60,723 bases of DNA, filler included, from Basidiobolus ranarum (GCA_040143965.1; 12 parts of 12 records of this genome joined end to end with filler, not necessarily neighbours in it), one strand, 5' to 3'. Positions 36,363 to 50,397 are shown, counted from the first letter of the whole stretch. Notes: generated by a model from the sequence alone, not told the origin. A program made the numbers and translations.

Positions 36363-36944
36363 AGAAGAAAAACTAAGGCAGTATTAATAACAGGAGTCGG
36401 GTATTGAAAAGCCCTTAGAAGAAAGTGATATGGTGGCTTGTTTGAAGGACTACTGCTTACGATGAATACCTTTCTTTGAAGTTACTATCTCACAAATCCA
36501 GAGGGGTAAGTTGATACTTAAAGTATACCGTGCTACATAAATGGAAATTCTAATTCCCGAGTAGCTCACCATGAATCTTTTATTGTTGTCACACATCTAC
36601 TTATCTAGCTTTACATCACACCCAGCTATGCCTCACACTTATTATATGACTATTTCGGATTATTTGTTATGAATGCCATATTAAAGCTACTTTTGTTACA
36701 CCGAACAAGTTTTTTGAGCAACCAAATGATATTAACCAAATCTAGGTTCGCGTACAATTGTATCTGGGATTAAAGATAGACAAAGCAAGTTGAAATTGTT
36801 GGTCAAGGACCCTTGGGAAAATCAAGTATTAGCTTCACAATTAGGCTACGCTTTATTGATTAGCAAGATATGGTGCGAGCTCTCCAATCCTTATGGTGAC
36901 TATGAAAACAAAGCATTGACATTCACGATGATATGAAGTCCCGG

Positions 36945-37385
36945 CTATATAGGGCAAATAGTGTAGTCACCGTTGGGGTCTGGTGTCAACTTAAAATCGG
37001 GTGTCTTGGTGATGCAGTCTCCTTCATTGCCAGGGGTACTAGAAACCACTTCAAGATAGTAATCACCTTCCCTTTGTAGACACAATGGTACAGAGAGGAC
37101 AAAGGATAACTTCCCGGTGGCGGCATCTTCTCCAGGATATCTACGATACAGAGTATGAAGAGATCTGTCGGACTTGGAGCTGGCTATACTGATTTCTCGG
37201 ATGTACTTCACTTGTGAATTGCCAATATTCCACTTGAGGGTGACCTTGTCATTGGCAGCAAATGTCGACTTGATATCAGTGGCATGAGTGAGAGGAGCTA
37301 CTGACCAGTCACCGCACTTGTTAAGCGGAGCGGCGGAGACTAAAGAGGCTACGGCGATTAAGGAAAGAGTAATGAATGTTCTCAT
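36945..37385 (-). CDS. Small secreted protein, 146 aa, 4 Cys, possibly Kre9/KNH-like beta-sandwich
   Basis: Signal peptide MRTFITLSLIAVASLVSA; pattern KVTLKW...G.L.F..P....GDYYLEV; TATA upstream. The fold assignment is an inference. Confidence 0.8.
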   Translation of the reverse strand: MRTFITLSLIAVASLVSAAPLNKCGDWSVAPLTHATDIKSTFAANDKVTLKWNIGNSQVKYIREISIASSKSDRSLHTLYRRYPGEDAATGKLSFVLSVPLCLQREGDYYLEVVSSTPGNEGDCITKTPDFKLTPDPNGDYTICPI

Positions 37386-38634
37386 ACTTGTATGATGTAT
37401 TGATATTGACAACTCTAGAAGTTTGACCCCTTATATAAGCACTGCTGAGATCTCTATTTTTAGGATTAGAGAAAGTACCAACGTCAGAATGGTTCACAGA
37501 AAAGTTTTGGGATGTTATACAATTTGGCACATACGTTCAATGTATAGGAGGATGTTATATTTATCATAGTAGTGACGTTCACAACAGACTATCAATTGCT
37601 AAATTAAGATATTTCAATCTGTCGATTGCTACACATATAGACGCCATTTTGATTATCGCTTAGAAGTAGTATTTTAATGCAGATATGGCCGTTTTTACAT
37701 GTATAGTTGCTTCAAGTAGTGAGGGTCTTTCTAGACCAACTGCTCCATATCCTGAAAGCTAATGTATACTATTATTAGAGAAATCTTGCGTGCTACATAC
37801 ACTTTTTTGCTTTCAATGATGCAGTTTTGATATACCGTCAGATGCTCAGTGCGCAGAAACTAGATATCGCGCAGGGCGGTGCGCGCCCCAGTACAAAAAG
37901 ATAGCTTGGGGTGCATCTAGATGAAGAAATGGGCACATGGTTTGGTCGAGTACACCAGGTTGAGAAAATTCATTCGACTTGGAACGAGTGTGGCTTCTTT
38001 GGGATGGATGGGGATTGACTCTATCTAACAACGCATGACTGGGTTGTTCTTCACTATACTCCATCGTTGGAATTTTTATTATTTGATCCTTGGTAGAATC
38101 GTCTAGAGGTTTGATCATCCTCTGGTTGCATGAAAGAAGTCTCATTTTTCTCGGTCATTAGCATATGCATTACTACTCTATCAGTGGACCATTTACCTAA
38201 CCATTTTCCAAAGGGTTCTCACAAAGGATCAAAGTGTCATTGCCTTTGAATCGACTGGTAATTAGGTTAAGTATTTCAATGACACTTTTCTGGCGTTAAA
38301 TGTCTACAGTAAGAGCCCGCATGATACCTGTGCAACTGCTTTAGATGGAATACTGAGCGGTGGTTTCACATTCCGTTCAACATGAATCACATTAGCACTT
38401 ATACTTAGATTGTTTGCTTGAGGCAATTTAACTGAAATCATGCTACATTCTATATTCTGGGAAATGGTATGTACAGAATTGAAGTTTCTTATAGAATATC
38501 TATTAGTTATTTGTGGTACTGGTCTGTGATGTCAAAGTAAACCTTTATTGCTGACATAAACTAATGAAAGATATCTTTGTTATTGTAAGAACCGCATTGA
38601 AAAAATCCGATTCACCTCAAACAAATTGAGAATG

Positions 38635-39679
38635 TTAAATGCGATGAATAGATTTTCCATCCACAAAGACTTGAATTATGTTACGGTCATCACCGTTATT
38701 AATGAATTGCTCAAAGATGGTCTTTACATCATCATGTGAGAATAGATCAATAGGCGAACCACGGGCGAGAGGGTCTACAATTAGGGCATCGAATTGTTTT
38801 CCGACCACAAAGTTTCCAAGAGTATTCTTCATTCCAAGTACATCAGCACCGCCAAGAGTAGCAAGGTAGAAAATTTCTGCCAACTTTAGATATTTGTCGT
38901 CTGGATGGTCAGAGCTACGAGCGATGGCCGCAAAATAGCCAGTACGAATGGTGTTGAGGATAGAGGTGCCATAACCGCCTGCAACATCCGTGCCTAGACC
39001 AATCTTCTGGCCTTCAGACAGCATTTGACGAACCTTCGCTATACCACTACGAAGACTGAAATTGGAATTTGGGCAATGAGAAATTCCTGCACCACGCTGT
39101 TTGAGCAGCTGTAGCTCAGCATCTGTTGGGTGAACTACGTGAGCCATAATAGTACGATTTGTCAGTAAACCGTTGACATCGTATACAGAGGTGTAGTCAG
39201 GTTGGTCTGGATGCAGCTGCTTTACCCAGGCAATTTCATCAAGGTTCTCATCAAGATGAGATTGAATTGGAACATTATATTTGGCAGCAAGACTACCAAG
39301 ACCCTTCATCAGCTCAGTCGTACAAGATGGAACAAAGCGAGGGGTAACTATAGGGATGACACGGGAATTATTTTTACCCAGGACATATTGGATAAAAGTC
39401 TTCGTATCTTTCAGCTCTGAGCAGTAGATTCGACATAGAAATCTGGTGAGTTACGGTCTATGTTGCCTTTTCCGACGAGTGCACGCTGACCCTTTTTCTC
39501 CACAATATCTGCTAGTATCTTCGAGGATTCCAAGTGAATGGTAGCATAGTAGCTGGCAGCGGTCGTACCACCCCGCACCAAACGGTCTACAACCTTGTTA
39601 TAGGCATCCCTGGTGTAGTTAGTGTCGTGATACTACCGACCAAAGCGGCGGAGATGAGAGCAAGTGAATGGAGATGCAT
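38635..39679 (-). pseudogene. Guanine deaminase pseudogene (N-terminal deletion plus frameshift)
   Basis: GTTAASYYATIH, DRNSPD, PIVTPRFVPSC, QSHLDEN..E, HCPNSN, GTDVAGG, ATLGGA. One-base frameshift at about 39415. The metal-binding DTHxH region is missing; ATG 39679 joins out of frame at about 39634. Confidence 0.88.
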
Positions 39680-40490
39680 ACCTGAGCCGAAAGTAAGCAA
39701 AGTGGGTTGCTGTTATGATATTAATGCACCGCGAGGCTGCCACTACTTATAATATTCAGCTTCCTCAAGTAAACGCGGGCTATTAAAAGGGATAGTGTGA
39801 GTAATTACCAACTACAGATATGTTTATCCCACTCTTTTGGCACAAAACACCTATTGGCAATTGTCGTGCGAAACAAAAATGTTCATTATTGACTGCTTGT
39901 TAAATATCTCCACTCGGGATAGACTTGCTATTGTACTTTTTCCTCTGAGGTAAATAACCCAATTCAGCCCCATAATACTTCAGATCTTTGATTGCTTCAA
40001 TTATATACCGGTGCATTCCGAGAAGCATATAGAAGGGTTGGAAAAGCTAGGGTTCATAATCTTAGAATTACCTAAAGTTCCAAAGTTGAAGTTCCATTGG
40101 GATTCAAAATCCTTCAATTGGCCGATATATCTGCATTAGATATAAACCTGAGGCAGCTAATGGAGCTGAGCTCAGCGATACCATGCCCACAGATAGATTT
40201 CTGTAAAAATGATTTAAATATTGACAAGTTTTATCATGTAAATTCTATCAAGATCAACGAAGCATCTACAATAACAACCAAAAAGTTACTGAATCTATAC
40301 AGTCCATACCTTTTACAACATTCTACTTTTTTCTGATACTAACAAAGTATTCTTTTGTAGACATCTATATGTTATCTGATTAGACATCATTGTGATTGCT
40401 TTCATGAACGGTAGATATTACAACAAGAGATATACTAGTAAGATATACTTTGCCTAAGATACTAGCATGATTTACTAGTAAGATATACTT

Positions 40491-40590
40491 NNNNNNNNNN
40501 NNNNNNNNNNNNNNNNNNNNNNNNNNNNNNNNNNTTAATTAATTAANNNNNNNNNNNNNNNNNNNNNNNNNNNNNNNNNNNNNNNNNNNN
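40491..40590. other. Artificial contig linker
   Basis: N44-TTAATTAATTAA-N44. Confidence 0.99.
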
Positions 40591-41784
40591 GATCACAGCC
40601 ACAAATGATCTAGAAGCACTTAATCAGATGAAAAGCAGCTTATCAAATTAATTTCAGGTAACTGATATGGGTGAATTAAATTAGTTTGTTGGAATTCAAG
40701 TTAAGGGAGACACACCAATCAGAAAATTATGCTGAATCAGGCTAGACTCACCGAGATATCCTAAAATGCTTCAATATGAACAATCGCAGGCCTGTATCAG
40801 CACCAAAAGATTTGAACGTCAAATTAATCAAAATTTCATCCTATTTGGCCCCAAATGACTCAAATCAAAGCCGGGAGTTCCCTTATCAATCCATGGTTGG
40901 TAGTTTAATGTATACAGTGCGTGGAACACCTCCAATGGTTGCTGCAGGAGTGGCAACTGTCAGCCACAATCTCAAAATTTCAGAATCTGAGGGCAAAATC
41001 ACATTATAACAAATATTCAGATATATCAGGGGAACTCTAGATATGTGTATAAAACACTATGGCACTCCCAATTCACCATACTTTGGGGGCTAGAGTGATG
41101 CAGAATGGGGAAGAAATAAGTAGCTATGTGGTTAAGGAAGTTACTTACAGACTTAGGATACATGCAAGAATATGCTATTACCATATTTGAACATGATCAA
41201 AGTTGTTTTCAATAGCTAAAAACCCTTGATTTCATGCTGCAACAGAATATATATGTATTTGGCATCATTTTGTTAGCAAAGCAATAGAGAATAATTTAAT
41301 TGAACCTGTTTGGTGCCGTACTAAAGGGATGATTACTTATATCTTGACCAAACCTCTAGCCACAACACAATTTGAATTAACTAGAAACAAGTTAGGTTTA
41401 AGAGAAATAGAAAATAATCAGTCAATTAGGAATGTTACAATTAGGCAAATAGCAACCCATTATTTGATAGTTAGGTTGCTCTTAACTGAATTATATTGGA
41501 CTCAATTCTGCTGTTCAAAAATATGTGTTTGTTGCTCTAATTGTGAGAAATATCAATTAGATCACTTTTATCAATTTTTGCTATTTTTTGAAATTGTCTC
41601 TAAACCACCACCAATTTTCACCCAACTGATGCAGGCATATTTATTAGGACCTAAACATATCCAATTGTATGATCTCAAAGCAAACTATAAATAGGGCATA
41701 TACAAGTTAATAATACTTAAGTGTCTGATTTACCCATCCCAATCTTGTCCAAATCACTTCCACATCCTCAGAACACTTTTATCA
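40591..41784 (+). mobile_element. Degenerate Copia (family C) 3' end with 3' LTR 41433-41784
   Basis: TDMGEL, PYQSMVGSLMY, ILTKPL; LTR TGTTACAATTAGG...TTTTATCA. Confidence 0.9.
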
Positions 41785-41789
41785 AGGAG

Positions 41790-43150
41790 ATGCCAATGCA
41801 CTAGTTGCAGTTGGTATGGGCACAGCTGTGTATATATATCTGGGTCTTCTCTTGCTAATTAAAATCTGAAGCCTCAACTATACTCAGGCACTATAAAGCA
41901 ATGGTAGAGAAAGATTCAGCACGGCCAATAATGGCTTTAAGAAGTGCTAATGATGGAGAATAGTGCACTAAGCACTTTGCTAGTTTTTGCTCTGAACATG
42001 GAGTTAACAACAAACTACTATAACTTAGACTAGCAGCAAAAAGGAGTTGTGTATTAAGCAAATAAAACCGGGATGGAAATGGCTGGACCTTTGTTGCACA
42101 ATAAAAAGTTAGGTTAGGAATATTGGGGTGAATCTATCTCCATTGCAGTCCATATCAAAAGCAGATGCCCAGCAATGTTGTTACAAAGGTCTACTACATT
42201 TAAAGTCCTATATGGATTGATTCCAAGTGTGGATCATCTCAGGATTGTCTGTTGCATGGCAAATTGCCAAATTTCAGTACAAAAATGCCCTAATTTAGTT
42301 CATAAAAGTACAAATGGATATTGCATAGTTACTGTAGTAGATCTAAGCCCTGCTGACTGTTTCATACCATAAATCAGAAGTTAATTAAGTGCAAAGATGC
42401 ATTTTTTGATGAAAACATATTTTCACCTCAAATCACAATTCTTGATCCAGAATATACAATCAGCACTATTCAGGAAGTATCTGATGAAATTACAGCTGTA
42501 TCTAAGCTCAATTCAGGATATATTTAAGTCACTTTTAGATCCAAAGGTGATTCAGGACCTAGAAGATCATCCAGAAGTAGAAATGTGCCAGGGTACTGGT
42601 GGAACAATTCCAAGTATGATGTCTATGCTTATGCAGCATTCTGTCCAATGCCACAGACTTTGGATCAAACTCTGGGAGATGCAGAATCCAAAGGGTGGGA
42701 AGGAGCCATGTTCAGTGAGTTTTTTTCACTTCAGGAAATGAAAGTGGGTTTTAAGTCTACTACCATCAGGTAAAGAGCCACCAGGTTGCAAATGGATCTA
42801 ACAAGTCAAAAACTAAGCTGATGCTAACATAGACAGGTATAAGGCAAGATCAGATGTAAAAGGTTAATATCAGACTCCAGGAGCTGATCTTGAGGAAACC
42901 CTTGATCCAATAGCTACATTTTGCTCCAGTAGTTTAATCCTGGTACTCTCAGCAGCCTAAAACCTTGATTTACACCCAATGGCAATAAAACCAGTCACAA
43001 GCAAATTAAATCTGGGAGAAAAGATAAATAAAGAAAAACCAGTGGGAATTATTAACCCCAAACACCCTGATGTGTTCTCTAAGCTGTACAAATCACTATA
43101 AGGACTCAAGAGAGCACCCAGGAAATGGTACAATAAGATGTATGCATAAT
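41790..43150 (+). mobile_element. Degenerate Copia integrase-RT fragment
   Basis: YWGESISIAVHIKSRCP, SVDHLRI, YKARS..KG, PRKWYNK. Confidence 0.85.
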
Positions 43151-43509
43151 AGGAATTATTTGCAATATGTTGAGTTGGCTGGGTACCATGTCATGGATAT
43201 TTATTTTATACAAATACTTAATCAGTCATAATATATACTTAATAAAAAGGAAGAAAAGGAAGATATTTAATAGGCATATAAAATGGGAAAAAAGGGGAAT
43301 AGAGAAAAGAGACAAACAAAGTAAAAAAGTGAAAATCAGAAACAAAAAGGGTGATTTGAATTGGGATACATAATAAAAGGAAGAAAGATGGTAAAATGGG
43401 AAATAGGTAAGGGAAAAACTTACATTGCTATAGGGAGAAGAATAGTACACCTATATCTAAATAAATAATCCTATAAGATATAGATAAAATAGTTTTGTCA
43501 CCCTATATG

Positions 43510-45553
43510 TGGCATATATGGTACAGCAGATTGTTGCTCAATTCCATGTTTAGAACAAACACTAGTAATTTCTTTAGAGCAGTATCCTCCACTAATATAC
43601 CCCTTAGTACCCTTATTTTTTGTGCTGATTCTTTCTCCACCATTACTTTGTAGTGTGCAAAGCTAGCTAAGGACTCAGATTTTGATTTGAGAAAGAATAC
43701 CCAATTTTATCTTGTTTGGTCTTTAATAAAGGTCTTCAAGTACTTTTTCCCACTTAGCGAGATGTTCTGCATATGCACACATAGGCCAGAGTGAATCAGG
43801 GCAGAATTTGGAGTGCATTTGATGTCTCCAGAGCTTTAAAATGGCTGTCTGTGCTGTTTTGCAGATAAGCAACCCTCACACAGATCCAATTTAGTGATAT
43901 TTTCAATTTCTGGACCTGAAACAAGCTGATTTTGAGTCATTTGGGCCAGTTTTTGTGTCCCAATGTTGTATAATCTTTGATACAATGGTTGACAGGTTAT
44001 CTCACTGGTTTTGGCCCAGTATGCATACTCAGAATGCAATTTGTTGCCATTGAGCTTAAATAAGTTTTTGTTGAAATTAGGCAAATAGCAACTCATTATT
44101 TAAGAGTTAATTTATTCATATGCTGATTATTTAGCACTCAATTCTGTCATTCAAAAATGTGTGCTAATAGCTCTAATTGAAAGAAACATCAATTAGATCA
44201 CTTTTACCAGTTTTCACAATTTTCTCAAAACTTCTCCAAATCACCTCATATTTTTGCCCATGCTTATCAGGCATGTTTGTTATGATCTAAGCACATTCAA
44301 TAGTCCTATTTCATAGTAAGCTATAAATAGAATATATTCAGTTCAATAAAACTCAATTGTCTAATTTCTAAATCAAAATCTTGTCCAAAACATCTCCAAA
44401 TCCCCTAAACAATTTTATCAGTTTTGAGTTTTGATAGCTGTAGCTAATTTTGTATTATACTGATCAGTGATGGTGGATTCAGCCTTGCTGAGCATGAAAT
44501 TTAGTGCTTGAGTTTTTGTTTGGCTTGCTGAGAGTAGATTCTTAGCCATGTTTGATACATAGAGTACATCATCCAATTTGGCAGATGGTGTATCAGAGTT
44601 TTGGTCTAAATTTTGCATTATTGTGCCCTTGCCAACTGCACCTAGTGAGAGTCAGCACCCAAGTAGACTTTGCTTGTTTGGATGGGTTTTAAGCTGGAAA
44701 ATCAATATTTCTTGTTTGCATAAGCTGGGAAGCTCCTGAACCAATGTACCATGTATCTGAGTCTTCCTTAGTGTTTACTGATGGGGCAGACACAAATAGA
44801 TGATTGCCATTAGTCTTACTTGATTTGCTTGTTCCAATTTTAGCTTTGTTACAAAAAGCCATTTTTTGAAATATTTGATTAGTTGGTCTGGTCTCTTGCA
44901 GTACTTGCATATGGTTGATTTCCTATCAGGGACACCATTATTGAAGCCTGTTGCTTGTTTTACAGCTCCAAAAATGACTGATTTGCATTATTTTGTTGAT
45001 AATTCAATATTAGAAATTCCTTATTCACTAGCCCAGCATCAACATCTTTGAATATAAACAGCTCCGATCCTGATTCTAGGGCAATTATGATGTTCCTAAA
45101 CATGTCTGACAGTCTCCCTAGTAATGTCATGACTAAGTGTTCTTTATTCAGAGGTGCTCCAATGAATGAGGGCTGATCTGCCAAAGTTTTTATCCAATTG
45201 ATATGATTAAGCATAGAATCAGATGAGTTTGTCAGAATTGAGAAATGTTGTCACCTAAGATGTAGCCTATTAGCCCAAATTTTAGTCTCATATAGTTCCT
45301 CAAGTGTTTCCTAGGCAGTTTGGATCCTTTTTGCTGATTGTGTTTGGCTCAATTGAGAGTCTCTGAGATGAAGAAGAAGGGAAAGAGTGCCTTCCTCTGC
45401 TTCTTGTTAAAGGTTAATATATCTTCTGATGGTCCCTTTTGTTCTATTTCTTCTCCTGTAACAAATCCCCAAAGGTCCTTGTCATCTGGCTCAATTGAGA
45501 GTCTCTGAGATGAAGAAGAAGGGAAAGAGTGCCTTCCTCTGCTTCTTGTTAAA
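43510..45553 (-). mobile_element. Degenerate Copia gag-protease-integrase fragment
   Basis: DLWGFVTGEE, LVMTLLGRL, WYIGSGAS, LYVSNMAKNLLS, LCEGCLSAKQHRQPF. Confidence 0.9.
44069..44420 (+). repeat. Solo Copia family-C LTR (352 bp) with perfect 5-bp TSD GTTTT
   Basis: TGTTGAA...TTATCA flanked by GTTTT at 44064-44068 and 44421-44425; splits pol KTQN/LFKL. Confidence 0.93.
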
Positions 45554-45653
45554 NNNNNNNNNNNNNNNNNNNNNNNNNNNNNNNNNNNNNNNNNNNNTTA
45601 ATTAATTAANNNNNNNNNNNNNNNNNNNNNNNNNNNNNNNNNNNNNNNNNNNN
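45554..45653. other. Artificial contig linker
   Basis: N44-TTAATTAATTAA-N44. Confidence 0.99.
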
Positions 45654-45939
45654 TTGTAGTCATTTGAGTGCTTAATAAATCAACTCTCGATATTGAACAT
45701 GCTCTTGGCATTACTGTTAATAATCTCAAGATTCTGATTGAGGATTTGTCTGAGCTCAGGCCAGTAGTCAATTTTTACAATATCAAAAGTAAGAGGAATC
45801 GAATGAATGAAAATATCCTATAGGCATAAACGTTATCATATATTGCACAAAGTTTGTATACACTGCTTGCAATGGATTAGGGTAATGAAAAGTACCAGAA
45901 GATGTAATCTTTATTTAGTAAGTCAAGAAATACACAAAG

Positions 45940-46260
45940 TGTTGAAATTAGCATTGCCTAAACATCTATATAGTCATATATAGCTTAGTACTTAGTTATC
46001 TTATAATGAACTAAGATACTATCAATTATTCTCATAAGGAATTTACTTAGAAGTTTGAAGATATATAGATTTTTCAAAGAAGCCCCAAACTTTGCACACA
46101 TGTTCCTGGGACCTTCCTTAACACATTCTACATGTTAGTTTGTTTACATCTTGACAAAACAATAAATGTCAACTGAATACTCAATAGACCAATAAGTGAT
46201 AACCACTAATTCGTGTAGTTCTCCAAACCACTTCCAATAAACTCCTAAAATACTTCAACA
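45940..46260 (+). repeat. Copia family-B LTR (321 bp)
   Basis: TGTTGAA...TTCAACA termini; shared core; no clear TSD. Confidence 0.85.
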
Positions 46261-47038
46261 TCTTCTAAGGGTAAGAAAGTAACAGAAGATGGATAGAGGA
46301 TATAGTTCCCATGCATTAATTTTTATTCAATACTTAGCATTGAATTTTAATTGATTCATTATAGTAAGTATACTTTTGGTGAACATTGATGACGATAAAG
46401 AGTCCGGTTATCTTTATGATTCCAACGCCGCCCTACAGCAGTTTTTCGGTGTAATCATCCATATATATAGTAAGTATCGCTCATACTCTTTCGGCATACT
46501 TCCAACCCCTTAATTACCATATAAATTTTGCAAACACTCAATACAAGACCCCTTGATCAGATAGTTTATTTTAGAGCGCGTTGAAAGTAAGACCATTCCC
46601 GCATTCACGAGACTATTGCAATCCCCTTACGGACAAAAATGATCAAGTGACAGTAGAGGTAGTGGACAGAGCATCACAACGTGACATCGAATTCTCTTGC
46701 AAGTAGGAGAGAAAGAGCCGACATCGAAGGATCAAGAAGCAACGTCGCTATGAATGATCTTCTGAGAGCCGATTTTTCATATGTCTCTCCAATGAAGTGC
46801 GAAATTGTAGTGCGTCCGTTATTGAGAGGTGTCGGTTGAAGAAAGTGACCGTCAATTACGAGGGGAAGTCGTCATCCATGGCTGGGAAAAAGAGTACGAA
46901 GTGGGTGAATGAACGAAAGGGTGGATGAGAGAAGTATAACAAGGACAGTATAGAAGAGAAAATTGGGGATGTGTCAACGCTTTATGATTTTACCAACTGT
47001 AGTTATTAATTGTTTATTAAAAAGCTGTAAAAAAACAT

Positions 47039-48226
47039 TTATATGTCAAACTCATGTGGTCTACTCTCCAAGGTCTCTATGGTTTCTTGCCACAATCTCT
47101 CGGCAAGCTCCTCTCCAGCTTCTCCCTCCACTATAGGGTTGACTTCGGCAGCACGACACGACGAATAGTACTGGCCATTTTGTGCCCCGTTTTCGACTCC
47201 ACATTCTGGTGCCACCGCGGCGTAAACTGTCGTCTTTGAGCCTTCCGCGATGTTCCTTGCAAGAAGACTTTGAAAGATAGCAAACCCAATCCTTCGAAGC
47301 AACGATTCGTCCTCCTTGCCTAGCTCCGACGATACCAAACCAGGGTTGATAACGTTAACGGTAATTTTTCGATCTTCTGGGTGACCAGATTCCTGGAGAT
47401 GGCGTGCAAGGCTTCGCGTAAATAGCACGTTCATAAGCTTTGTATCTTGATAGCGATCCTTAGTAGGTGCGGTGGCATCATCCATCGTCTTGACAATGCT
47501 TGGTGTATCTTTCGCAGAGAATTGTGTCCAGTGGTGAACTTCTGACGCGACGATAACGATGCGAGGGTACGTGAGGTCATCCATGGAGGCCGTCCTACGA
47601 ATGACAGGTAGAAGGAGAAGTGTCAAGAGGACTGTTCCTAAGTGGTTGGTAGCGAACCTGTGATGATATGGTTAGTTCTATCGCCTACATTAACAGAGTC
47701 ATCTCTATCGCTTACATCGTGTCAAGTAATGGAAATAGAAACTTACATTGATTCGTGGTGATCCTCGGTCAGGGTAAACTTAATGACTCCTCCGATCCCC
47801 GCATTATTGATCAAAATATGTAAGGGCAGCCCACTTTCTTGATACCGCTTAGCAAATGCTCGACAGGATGCGAACGACGCTAAATTCAATTCTTGTGCCT
47901 CAATAACAACCCCGTCAGTACTGGTGCTCATCTTAATTTTACGAATAGCTTCTTCCGCTTTGGACATATTTCTGCAAGCGAGAATGACTCGTGAAGGGCG
48001 CATTTCGATGAGGTGGCAGACAGTTCCATATCCTATCCCTGAACGTGGCAAATAAATGGTATTAAACCTCTGATTTTGTTTTGCAAATGACATCAATTAG
48101 TCAGTATGGTAGAGTCTTACCGACATTACTGCCGGTGACCACTATGGTTTTCCCAGCCAAGCTAACCGGAGTAACATTTAGCGTTGCGAACTGATCTTGT
48201 AGAAATTGTATAGGTGAGAGGGACAT
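47039..48226 (-). CDS. Short-chain dehydrogenase/reductase (retinol dehydrogenase/WWOX-like); join(48121..48226,47747..48038,47039..47657), 338 aa
   Basis: TGSNVGIG, LACR, NNAG, FATNHLG, VAS, YQDTK (YxxxK), NPG; two GT-AG introns. Confidence 0.93.
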
Positions 48227-48899
48227 CCTGTGGTTTGTGTCGAGTTAAAGACGTGTACCTCGTTTTCAACCGCTCTTTTATAAGCCCAGGGCTACTTGGG
48301 TAGCAAAGAGAAAATATCTCCACTCATGTTGATTACGAACTGCCTATGCTGCAGCCAATCAATTTTCGTTTTGGTTAAACGAAATCCGTACCAGTCACAA
48401 GTTATTGGGACTTGCTGTTTCATTGGTACAATGAAGCTTTGATTGTTGGAATATCTCTGCACCGCCTCATCTGTATATAACACCTATCCATGAGTCAGCT
48501 AAAGCTGATCACTGTCAACAAATTATAATGCGCTGTAATCATGTGAAAGCAGTGACGAAGGGTGCATATGTTACGAAATTGGATTATCGAACAAAAAGTG
48601 ATAACAATTTCGGAGACCTTCAGTTTAATATTTCGCACACCTATAGTCAATAACCAAACCTTGACCTTCGCCAAGTGGCATGTATTTCAAAACAAACTGA
48701 CAGAGCAAACAAAAGCTACAAGACATTGGAAATGTTTGTCACTTTTCTATACAAATTTTGAATTTATCAGTTAGGATATAGTCCTTCTAGTAAATGTAAC
48801 AAAGGGTTAGGGGGAGAGGATGAGAAACTTGTTGGAGTATTTTGGGAGTGTTGGAAGACAATTGTAGAACATAATCTAACCATTTTGATACATTCAGAG

Positions 48900-49550
48900 T
48901 GTTGAAATAAGCATACGCTAAACACCTATATAGTCCTATATAGCTTAGTATATGGTAATTCCATATTTCACTAAGACATCACTCACTTCTCAATCAGAAT
49001 TTACTTGGAACATTTTTACAGACTGAGAAGCTCTCTGATATATAGATTTTTCAAAGAAGCCCCAAACTTTGCACACATGTTCCTGGGACCTTCCTTAACA
49101 CACTCTCCATGTATTTTTGCTTTCATGTGGACAAAGCTGCTGGAGGATCTTGACATAATGGGGCTAGACTTTGTATATTAGAGGCAACTTATGAGAGTGT
49201 TTTAGTTACTCTATTCTTAAGAGAATATGGTGACTTATATAGCAGAGAAGTAAATCAATTGTTTGACATATACAGGAGTTTGTGTAGTAAGATATAATAG
49301 ATAAGTGGGGGTAATAAGACATACTGGTTATACAGATATAGAGCTATTCTTAATTAGAATATAGGGGCTATAGATATATTGGTTTCTGTTTCTGATATAT
49401 GTATCATAGCTTAAGTTAACTAAGATGTTGAACAAGGATTAACTATCCAGCAAAAACCATAAATGTCAAGTTTCTACTCAATAAAGAAATAAGTGAAAAG
49501 CCTCAGTTCTTTTAGTCCTCCAAACCACTTCCAACAAACACCTAAAATAT
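48900..49550 (+). repeat. Copia family-B LTR interrupted by a foreign solo LTR
   Basis: Starts TGTTGAAAT; family-B sequence resumes at 49453. Confidence 0.8.
49138..49452. repeat. Solo LTR of a third family (315 bp)
   Basis: TGCTGGA...TCCAGCA termini; 5-bp TSD AAAGC/AAAAC; absent from other family-B copies. Confidence 0.75.
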
Positions 49551-50397
49551 GAAGTCAGAGCCGTCATACAAGGGGAAAAGCCATCAAATAATTGCTATTA
49601 ATACTGGTATGTAGGTGTACAAACATCCAAAGCCAGCTAGAAACAATACTAAAAACAATTTTCACAAATACTGACTTCATAACTGATTAAGTGATTAAGA
49701 ACTTTCAAAATGCAATTAATACACTCCCAACAGTGTATTGAAGGTTACACTCAGTAACGTATGACATGTTTAAATGCATCTAACCTTATAGTAATCAAGA
49801 TATCGTAAATCCAAAATTATCATCCAAAAAGAGAATCAGTTTTGAGCTCTGATGTAAGGACGCAAGTATCCCCCTGAGCAAAACATAATATTCCTTTGAT
49901 ACGAAGTATTAACAATTAGTAACAATAAGAAGACACCTGCTAATTAAATATGCTACTGGCACACCTCTCTTGCTCTCATTCAAACAAAGACACAATAATA
50001 CCTTATATTTCTGTAATACTGCCCACAACACCTATATTCATCCCCATCCAAACCACAACAAACCGTGTCAATACTTCTGTTTAAGTATAAAGTAGTAACA
50101 GGCTTGCAAAGATTCTTCTGTAAACTATGTAGTTTTCCATCATACTCAATGAATTAGCATGACGCTTGGTCTATATAGTATTGCAACAATGACAAAACCT
50201 TTGATAAACTAAAATCAAGTTCTAGTGTACTTCAGGCACCACTAAACTATTAAACAAACCAAATATTTTACTATAGCTTGTATAATACATTAAAGACGTA
50301 GTCACTAGGTAATTGTTTATTCACCAATAAATATATGGTCACATAGATTATTTCTTACACTAATAACCAAATTGACGCAAGCATAATTCTTCTCAGA

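Noticed and set aside
43230..43450. Purine-rich tract giving a Lys-rich ORF and a Phe-rich antisense ORF
   Set aside because: Low-complexity sequence between TE fragments; the ORFs are compositional artefacts.
45345..45553. Exact 67-bp duplication (period 142) at contig end
   Set aside because: A perfect copy in otherwise decayed TE right at the break; likely an assembly or read artefact, or a trivial tandem duplication.
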